Origin: Octopus sinensis
Lineage: Eukaryota
Length of the DNA: 64,000 nt
Assembly: GCF_006345805.1 (NCBI RefSeq)
Contig: NC_043007.1
Location: 620,001 to 684,000 of the forward strand
Direction of reading: 5' to 3'
Shown here in pieces: positions 28,195-37,561 of the stretch. The position numbers and the translations under genes were made by a program. The notes beneath the pieces were generated by a model that made no database searches, had not been told where the DNA came from, and saw only the letters and a list, made by a program, of their open reading frames with translations. Position 1 is the stretch's first letter; every line of letters starts with the position of its first letter.

Positions 28195-28490
28195 CCTTTA
28201 GCATAGCTAGGAAATTCTTGAAATTAACAGAAAATCACTTCCCACATTCACACAAATGCCATAAAATCTTCAAAAGAAACACTGTTAAAATTAGCTATAG
28301 TTACCTCCCTGTATAGGGTTGAGAATACTCATACACGATAAACATAAACACACCAGAAATACCCAGTAAGACACTGTAACTGTAGGCCTCCAAACTACTG
28401 TCCTCTAAATAATAACTGACTGTAAAAGTACTTATATACAAGGCCAAAATCATGGATCCCAACGGAATAACAAAGACGTTTATCTTTATT
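28195..28490 (+). mobile_element. Penelope-like element ORF remnant (RT-to-GIY-YIG linker)
   Basis: SIARKFLKLTENHFPHSHKCHKIFKRNTVKISYSYLP, then CNCRPPNYCPLNNN(TGA)L and VLIYKAKI...TKTFI. This matches the PLE pattern KFL.LIDKHFP..H..HKIFNRNTVKVSYSCMPN...CNCR....CPL...CL...YKA. Confidence 0.85.
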
Positions 28491-29937
28491 TCCTTTGGGC
28501 AAATTACTGGGCCCTAAATATCTTCAAAATCGTTTTGCATATGCCTAAGTATCCTGTCAGCTGGAGATGAAAATTATGGCTAATGACGGTTATTGAAGCA
28601 GAAACACGTGTAAAGAGCGGTCTTTTTATCTCTAGACAATGCTTTGTCATCTTCGGAGAATTTCTTTAATTCTTGAGATTATCTCCCCTTTTGATTGGGT
28701 GTTGCACGTTATTCGAACGAACAGAGTGTCTCACCTTCCCCGGAAGCGAAGTTAATTTTAATAAATGAAGAATTTATGTTTAATTACTTGTCTTCCTAAT
28801 CACACTCCTCTCAGCTCATCTTTGTTGTGCATGCATACAAGTGTATGTATGAGTGTGTCTGTATGTGTGTGAGAGGAAGAGAGAGAGGGGCGGGTTATTT
28901 TTGTGGGCGCCGTAAATTTGTCACAAGCCTACATGTTCATTAATTACGCTGCAGTTTATCGCAGTTCCCGATTTCTATGGCGTACAAACGACCGAATGTA
29001 CAATTCTACCCCACATCCCTGAATTAGACGCCACTGCGTCGCAGAATTAACCCTCTTCTGTCGCTTATTTTGCAGCTGACTGAACAGAAGCAACCCTTCT
29101 GGGTTCGATTTCCCGTTTGTCTCTACTGGATCGATAAAATATCTACCAATCGGGTATTGTGATCGATACAATGGACAATATCCTACTACAATATCAGTGA
29201 CCTTATGCCTACGTAAAAAAATCTATTTAATAGTTGAAACGTGCTTCAAACTGTGACGCAAAAATCCTACCGCCATTTTGTTTTTTTTTTTCTTGTTTTG
29301 TTTCCCGCTCCTGCTTTATCGAATTTTAACAATGACGATGGAATATTTTATTTTTATATATTTTCATCTTTTGCTCATATTTCATAGAAATTTAATTTCC
29401 CCTTTCTAGCATTATATTTTATTTTATATACTTTTCTTTTCCTCTTTCTCTTCCTTCTCTCTCTCTCTTTCTCTCTCTCTCTCTCACTCTTACTATATTC
29501 CTCCCTCTCTTTCTCTCTCTCTCTCTCTCTCTTACTGTATTCCTCCCTCTCTTTCTCTCTCTCTTTCTCTCCTCTCTCGTACTCTCTTGCTTTTAAACCC
29601 ACATTTTATGAACTTTTAACGAAATTGGCACGAAGCCTTGTTTTCATTGAAATAACTCGTTCACATTATCTCATAGGAGATAAATGAATTTGGAATTACA
29701 AGTAGATGGAGAGAGAGCGAGTGAAAGTGAGAGAGAGAGTTTAGTCATTTTTTTTTCTTTGTTCCGTGTTTTAATATTTGTTTTTATCAACATAAATCGA
29801 AGTTGTTTGTCAGATAACATCGTTCGAAATACACCCACCCGTTCTAAATGCTATAAAACATTAATTCGATTTCGAAACGAAACGAAACGATACGAAACAT
29901 TTAAACAAAGTATTCACTTTACAACTTAAATAATTGC

Positions 29938-30017
29938 ATTTTAATTTTTCTGTTTCGTCAATTTTACAATATTTATATATATATATTGAAAAATTGACGA
30001 AACAGAAAAATTAAAAT
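29938..30017. repeat. 80-bp near-perfect palindrome
   Basis: A 28-bp perfect arm pair (29938-29965 with 29990-30017), one mismatch, then 6 further pairs around a TA core. Confidence 0.95.
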
Positions 30018-30173
30018 ATACATACATACACATACGTACAAGCATATACATACATATGTAAAGACAGTTATATGTACGTCTGTGTTTGTGTATATATGTA
30101 TATATATATAAATATATATATGTGTGTGTGCGTGTGTGTATGTATAATTTATTTAGATATATTCATAGATTCA

Positions 30174-30341
30174 TAGGCGCAGGTATAGCTGTGGTAAGAA
30201 ACTCGATTCCTAACTACACTGTTGTAGGTTCAATCCCACTGCCTGGCACCTTGGGCAAATGTCTTCTACAATAGCTTCGGGCCGACCAAGACCCTTGCGA
30301 GGAAATTTGTTAGAGGGAAACTGAAAGAAGCTCGTCGTATG

Positions 30342-30427
<86 letters not shown>

Positions 30428-30603
30428 GTATGTATATATGTATTTATGTATATATGTATGTATCTATATATGTATATATATTTGTGTGTTTGTGTCTTTG
30501 TGTCTGTGTTTGTCCCCCTACCATCGTTAGGCAGCCCGATGCTGGTTTGCTTACGTTCTTGTAAGGGCTCGGCAAAAAGAGACCGATAGAATAAGTAATA
30601 GAC
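30174..30603 (+). mobile_element. SINE family A with expanded internal microsatellite
   Basis: Head 30174-30338, a ~150-bp TA/TG expansion, then the 3' part to GACCGATAGAATAAG. Confidence 0.88.
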
Positions 30604-30671
30604 GCTTCCCATATATATGTATATATATATATATATATATGTATATGTATGTATGTATATATGTATGTATG

Positions 30672-30703
<32 letters not shown>

Positions 30704-31226
30704 TGTATGTGTGTGTATGTATGTATATATATATATATATACACACGACTTCTCTCTCGCGTGCTTTTTTACTCTCTCCCTTTCTTTCTCTCTCTCTATT
30801 TCCCTCACCCCCACCCCGCCACGGTTTATCTATCCTTAGTTCCTCACACTTGTCGCGAAAGTTTTCTTTATAGTTTTCACCTTTCTTATCTTCGACCAAT
30901 GCCTCTTGTAACATATATCTCAATATGAAATTCTATGTTTCATGCACCCACACATACACACACACATACACACGCACACGTACACACACGTATGTATAGC
31001 TATGTGTGTCTAATCTGCAGGCGCAAGGTTAAATTTGACGTTTAAGCAGGAAATGAGGCGCTCGTGTTTGTGTGTAGGTATACAAGTTTGTTTGTACATC
31101 ATGTATACGTGTGTAGGGTATAGATTGAGGTGGTGCCCGGGGTTGTGTGTAAGTCGTTGTTTTTGTCAAATTTTATTACATTTACATAATACATCGGTAT
31201 TAATGATCATATGCATGTGTACGCAT

Positions 31227-31497
31227 GTATGTGAGTGATTGATGGTATGTATGTGAGTGATTGATGGTATGTATGTGAGTGATTGATGGTATGTATGTGA
31301 GTGATTGATGGTATGTATGTGAGTGATTGATGGTATGTATGTGAGTGATTGATGGTATGTATGTGAGTGATTGATGGTATGTATGTGAGTGATTGATGGT
31401 ATGTATGTGAGTGATTGATGGTATGTATGTGAGTGATTGATGGTATGTATGTGAGTGATTGATGGTATGTATGTGAGTGATTGATGGTATGTATGTG
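31227..31497. repeat. 22-bp minisatellite, ~12 copies
   Basis: Unit GTATGTGAGTGATTGATGGTAT repeated essentially without variants. Confidence 0.97.
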
Positions 31498-31780
31498 TTT
31501 GAGAAAATTTGTATATGTCTATGCATGCACAAGAAATCACAGGTTGCGAGATAAAAGCTTTTAATTTGGCCGGTCGAGGATCCGGAGCCGCTGTTTGTTA
31601 TAGTAGTTACCCCGTGATTCCATTGACGGTACACCCAAGCTTCTATGTCCGAAGCGGATCTTACGAAGATTTCCCATCATCAACGCGCATGCGTGCACGC
31701 GTGTGTGTAAGTATGTGAATATATCAATGTAAGTATTTGTTCCATCTGTTATTCGTACACTAGTATGTGATTATCTACAT

Positions 31781-32313
31781 CGATGGTTCCCAAAGTGGGT
31801 GATATTGCCCCCCCCCCCCGGGGACAGTGGAAAGTTCCGAGGAGGCGTTGAAGAAAACTGGGGAGATAATGGGATGGCAATTCATGTAAAACAACAAAAT
31901 AATGGGTTCATTAGGTTAAGATTTATTTCTGAAATACAGTTGCTTTGAATTTGTTTCAGAAAGAAGTTTCTGTTTGTGATGTTTAGTTGAGTGTGTTTGC
32001 TCGGGTCAAACACTTAGTTTGACCGAAGAAACAAACTAGACAAAAATATTTATCGAATTGTGTTGGAACAGAAAAAGAAAGTCCAGTTTGAAAAGAGTAA
32101 CCAACACATTTTGTAGCCAAGTTCATAACAAAGGGAATATTCGCAATGCACTGAAGTTACTTTTGAAATCCCAATTTTCATATCTCCTGCGCCCACGGCC
32201 GCTTTCGTTGCTCTCACGGACAATAAAGGATTCTTTACCCAACTAGCAACCTTGGTGCTAGCACAAACGACATAGTCCAATGTTTGTGGTGGGCCAAAGT
32301 TTCGGAGCCACTG
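31781..32313. mobile_element. Non-autonomous hAT (Charlie-like) element with 8-bp TSD
   Basis: Termini CGATGGTTCCCAAAGT and AAAGTTTCGGAGCCACTG. ATCTACAT is duplicated at 31773-31780 and 32314-32321. Confidence 0.88.
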
Positions 32314-32398
32314 ATCTACATGAAAACCTTAATGTTTTGTGTGTACGAGTCCCTATATCGACATACAAACGTGGTCAGAGTTTCAGCGTCTACTTATA

Positions 32399-32500
32399 TA
32401 TGATGGCTCATATCATATTTATGATGGCTCGTATCGTTTTTATGATGGCTCATATCATATTTACGATGTTTCTTATCGTAGTTATGATGGCTCATATCAG
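32399..32500 (+). repeat. 21-bp minisatellite, ~5 copies with alternating variants
   Basis: TATGATGGCTCATATCATATT units start at 32399, 32420, 32441, 32462 and 32483. Confidence 0.9.
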
Positions 32501-32644
32501 AACTGCGTAAATCAATTATGTGTGAGTCTTTAAATTTATGTTCTACAATCACGTAAACTTAACAGTACTTCTTAGAACATTCTATCGATTTCTATATCAG
32601 TGGTAAATAAGTTTTATCGTTGGTTTTTTTGCTTTTTACTTCTT

Positions 32645-32795
32645 CCAGCCATTAGACTGCGGCCATACTGGAACACTGCCTACAAGGGTTCTGTCGAATA
32701 AATTGACCCCAGTGCTTTATTATTATTATTTTTTATTATTACTATTATTATTATTATTTTTATTATTATTATTATTATTATTATATTATTATTAC

Positions 32796-32864
<69 letters not shown>

Positions 32865-33090
32865 TATTATATTATTATTATATTATTATTATTATTATTA
32901 CTATTACTATTAATATTGTTGTTTTTGTTGTTGTTGTTGTTGTTGTTGCTGTTATTGTTATTGTTGTTATTATTTAAAGTCTGGTACTTAATCTGTCATT
33001 TTCTTTTGCCGAACCACTAGATTACAGGGACGTAAACGAGCCAACACTGGTTATCAAATGGTGGCAGGGGACAAACACGCACAAACACAT
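32645..33090 (-). mobile_element. SINE family A 3' half split by a (TAT)n/(TTG)n expansion
   Basis: SINE sequence at 32645-32718 resumes collinearly at 32974 (TTAAAGTCTGGTACTT...TTTTGCCGAACC). Confidence 0.8.
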
Positions 33091-33247
33091 ATATATGCAT
33101 ATAATTATATATACATATATATATATATAATATATATCTATATATATATATATATATATCTATATATATATATATATATATATATACGTATATGTATTAT
33201 GTGATATATGTATATATATGCATATATATGTGTATATATATATATAT

Positions 33248-33290
<43 letters not shown>

Positions 33291-33344
33291 TACATTTATA
33301 TGCATAGACACACACACACACACTCACACACACACATATATATA

Positions 33345-33439
33345 TGTTAATATCAAAATGTAACTACACGTGGATCGTTGGTGATTTCTTTTTCCTGTTT
33401 CCTGTTTCTGAAGAAGAGCTTTGCTCGAAACGTCAAAAC
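33345..33439 (+). mobile_element. Family E2 hammerhead-bearing repeat, truncated by a SINE
   Basis: GTTT-CTGAAGA-A-GAGC-TTT-GCTC-GAAA-CGTC-AAAAC at 33404-33439. Confidence 0.7.
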
Positions 33440-33440
33440 T

Positions 33441-33675
33441 TGTGTGACAAGGCTGGCTCTTTGAAATACAGGTACAAGAGAAACAGGAAGAAAGAGTGGG
33501 CGAAAGTTGTGATGAAAGAGTAGAGCGGGGTTCGCCACCAATCCCTGCCTGAGATTCGTGGAGCTTTAAGTGTTTTTGCTCAATAAACACTCACAATGCC
33601 CGGGTTTGAGAATCGAAAACACGATTCTACGACCGCAAGTCCGCTGCCCTAACCTCTGGGCCATTGCGCCTCCAC
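33441..33675 (-). mobile_element. SINE family B, 5' two-thirds
   Basis: Reverse complement begins GTGGAGGCGCAATGGCCCAGAGG and matches 52843-53189. Confidence 0.9.
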
Positions 33676-34089
33676 ACTGTGTAATATTTCTGTCGATAAT
33701 AAAACAAAATTGACGCTCTTCACCTGCGTATTTACGCCGTAATGGTAAATTCTTCGATTCTTCTTAGTTTTACACTAGGCACACACAAGTTTTCGTAACA
33801 GACGCAGCAGTTATTAGTTGGATCATAAATTTCTCTATCAGTTCAGTTCCACGTCAGTCACACTACATAAAATATATTAAGTCTTCTCACGTTGAGACTG
33901 GTACATAAATCTTCACTCTTGCACCGCACACACGGATGATCAGGTGAAATACTGTATACGTAGGATTTTGTGTGTGTACGTGTGCTCGCGCGTGTGTGCA
34001 CCTGTGAATGTCCGTATAGTCATGTATAGGTATACGTATGTATACACATACACACACACATAAATATATATATATATATATATACTTGT

Positions 34090-34158
34090 AGACAGACAGA
34101 CTTATGGATAATAAGAAAGATAGATAGTTAGATAGATAGATAGATAGATAGATAGATG

Positions 34159-34189
<31 letters not shown>

Positions 34190-34190
34190 G

Positions 34191-34253
<63 letters not shown>

Positions 34254-34301
34254 TCATAGGTAGGTAGATAGATAAATAGATAGATAGACAGACAGACAAA
34301 C

Positions 34302-34338
<37 letters not shown>

Positions 34339-34355
34339 TATATATATAGATAGAT
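34090..34355. repeat. (GATA)n/(GACA)n microsatellite
   Basis: Visible tetranucleotide array. Confidence 0.95.
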
Positions 34356-34430
34356 AGAAATATTAACCCTGACTAAGCAACTTTGAATATATGCATGTTT
34401 GTGTGCGTGTATATATATATATATATATAT

Positions 34431-34490
34431 AAGCGTGGCCTTGTAGTTAGAAGCTTGCTTCCCAACCATATGGTTCCGGTTTCAGTCCCA
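34431..34490 (+). mobile_element. SINE family A head fragment
   Basis: AGAAGCTTGCTTCCCAACCATATGGTTCCGGTTTCAGTCCCAC. Confidence 0.7.
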
Positions 34491-34562
34491 CGTCGCCCTC
34501 TCATTTTGTATGGAAATAATACTTTCTACAAAGAATGAGATAGAAAGAGAAGGTGAGAAAGT

Positions 34563-34599
<37 letters not shown>

Positions 34600-35019
34600 T
34601 GCAAAATTCTGGCCTGCGGCTGAGTATCGTGGAAACCTCTCTCGACCCAGTCAACTAATGAACTACTTGTCCACGTTACAATAGCGCTGCGTGGTTGGAA
34701 TGATGCCGTTTACCGTTTTCACGCAGACAATTCTTTACATAAACGATTTTATTTTAATACTCTACGAACTTGTACCGTTAACTTATCAGACTGTGACCAG
34801 TGTAGAGAAAAGCCTTCAGGGGTTTTGGTAAATTAAATTGACCGCCATATTTAGAATGATACTTGGTCTGTCAATATTTGCTCATCGAATGAGTAATTTT
34901 GCCAGATTAACGTCTATGTAGAGTGTTTCTTTGTCTTCTCCAGACTTTAAAACTAAAGAGAGATCAGACCCATTTAAATCGATATATGTACAAATATATA
35001 TTTGTATGTAGATAGGTAA

Positions 35020-35188
35020 GTTGATAGGTAGGTAGGTAGGTAGGTAGGTAGGTAGTTAGGTAGGTAGGTAGGTAGGTAGGTATGTAGGTAGGTAGGTAGG
35101 TAGGTAGGTAGGTAGGTAGGTAGGTAGTACGTAGGTACGTAGGTACGTACGTACGTACGTACGTAGACAGACAGATAGACGGATATAC

Positions 35189-35265
<77 letters not shown>

Positions 35266-35308
35266 TAGACAGACAGACAGACAGATAGATAGATAGATAG
35301 ATAGATAT
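35020..35308. repeat. Compound (GGTA)n/(CGTA)n/(GATA)n/(GACA)n array, 3' flank of the Tx1 LINE
   Basis: Visible arrays; the pure GATA units abut the element. Confidence 0.95.
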
Positions 35309-35379
35309 GTTTCTTTATTAGCCACACAGGGCTGCACACAGATAGAACAAATTACAAGGTAGAGCTTTTCTTTTGAAGG

Positions 35380-35417
<38 letters not shown>

Positions 35418-35475
35418 GGAAGGGGGAGGTTCGATCAAAAGGGATCGTAAAAGGAGAGAAAGGACAAAAAAAGGG

Positions 35476-35515
<40 letters not shown>

Positions 35516-35520
35516 AGAGG

Positions 35521-35552
<32 letters not shown>

Positions 35553-36563
35553 ATCAATAGGGATCGTTATCACAGAAATGTCAATATGAAGTGTAAAGGG
35601 GAGGACAGGTGAGGTTTACCCGTGGAAAGAAAAGCTACGGAAAAGACCACGGTAACCTCGGTCAATGAAGTCACATTTTATATTTCTTTTTTTTTTTTTT
35701 TTTTTTTTTTGCAAATAAGTAACTCTTGTTTTCGATTTCTGGGTTCATAGGACTATGCTCAAGGTGGCTTCGTCATTCATACGTGCCATTCTTGCAACAT
35801 TCACCCATCTTTTTTTAAAACATTCGCTAGACAAAACTTGCCTCTCTACTCTCACTTTCCTTTTCAAGTGGTACTTGAAGAAGTTGATGAGAGATTGACC
35901 AGAGAGGAAGTGTTTGTCTCCAATCCTTTCAGACGCGTCCACCAGATACATTCTTTCGCCATAGCCACAAGGGTGATGAAAATAGCTCTTCCTTCCGTTT
36001 GAAGGAAGGAGGCGTGACAATATTGACGATAGACTCAGCTGATAAACCGACTCGTCCCACACGTGACAGCAGTTGTTCGACATAAGCCCACAGGTCGGAA
36101 ATTGTTGGACACTGAACGAGTGCGTGCAGAACGGTTTCGTCGCTCTGACCGCATCTCGGGCAGGTCGGCCCCGTGTTTCTCGAGCCGTGTCTGTAGAGCT
36201 TATCCCGAACGGGTAGCGCTTTCGGTAGCACTGCCAGGCCAGGGATCTCTGGAAGTTGTCCATGGGCCCTGGCCGAAAGTCGTCCCGAACAGGCGGGTCA
36301 GGTACTCCTCGTCGACGTCCAGGTTCGCCCCGAGCTCGTCGTCGTACCTCCCCTCCACTAAACCCCTATAGAATGCTTTGGTTGTGTTGAAGTCACTTAA
36401 GGTCGACCCAGGACGGCAGACTTGCTTGAGAGCAACGCGACACTCGCGGTGCCATTCGCCCTTCCTCGGCCTCTTTTTGATCCACGACTGCAGTTCGGTC
36501 ATGGAGACAAGCTGCGGGAAAGCGTGCCTCACAAACGGCGACCACACCTGTTCACCGTCGTCT
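35309..36563 (-). mobile_element. L1/Tx1-clade LINE, 5'-truncated (ORF2 C-terminus plus 3' UTR)
   Basis: Stitched frames give ...[21 protein letters not shown]...CPRCGQSDETVLHALVQCP (zf-RVT-type CCHC knuckle)...WWTRLKG...FFKYHLKRKVRVER. Stop at 35745, T-rich UTR, terminus GGCTAATAAAGAAAC. Confidence 0.9.
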
Positions 36564-36858
<295 letters not shown>

Positions 36859-36859
36859 T

Positions 36860-37000
36860 GATCTTTATAAAGATGCATAACTCTGCTATCTCAAAAAACA
36901 ACTGGCTCGGAACAGTTAACGGCAGAGTAAGTATGCTGCTTATTTATTGACTGTTTGCACTTTGAGTAATTGTTTCGGTCCATATGGCCTTATCAGAAAT
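36860..37000 (-). mobile_element. Degenerate hammerhead-like repeat, family E5
   Basis: Reverse complement of 36961-36999 reads TTT-CTGATAA-GGCCATATGGACC-GAAA-C-AATT-ACTC-AAA. Confidence 0.45.
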
Positions 37001-37409
37001 CCAATTAGTTTATAATTTTGGAAACAAGCTTGTAAAAGACTAATATCATCAGTAAATATATTTAGTACAATGAGACCATACACCTTCTGGCTGCCTACGT
37101 CTTTCGATGATTTGATTGGCTGCTATTTCAACATGTGGTTGAAAGTGGTAGAGACCTTTTATCGAACGTATTTCATGACACCACTGACCACAGTCATCTG
37201 AAATATGTACTTTTAATTATCAAAAAATTGAACGGACATTACTAAACCCTTATCGATGTCTTGCTCCCTCATTGACATAAATACTACTCGGAAGTTGAGA
37301 ATATTTTACAGTACAAGCATCTTTATATAGAAACAAATGTTGTGTAGTGTAATGTATTGTAATGAAAACTAGAACACGATAAATAATAATAGTAATGCTT
37401 TCAAATGAG

Positions 37410-37545
37410 GGTACAAGGTCAGCAAATTTCGGGGGAGGGGGGTTAGTCGATTATATCTACCCCATTGTATAACTGGTACTTTATTGTATCGACCCCAGAA
37501 GGATGAAAGGCAAAGTCGACCTCGGCGCATTTGAACGCAGGACTA
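37410..37545 (-). mobile_element. SINE family D-related fragment
   Basis: ATCGACCCCAGAAGGATGAAAGGCAAAGTCGACCTCGGCG matches the 23350-23390 region. Confidence 0.85.
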
Positions 37546-37561
37546 AATGAAAACGGACTAA

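Noticed and set aside
31227-31497. CRISPR-like array
   Set aside because: Head-to-tail repeats with no spacers, no cas genes and a eukaryotic context.
32399-32500. Reflectin-like repeat
   Set aside because: Lacks the Met/Asp reflectin motif M/FD(X)5MD(X)5MD.
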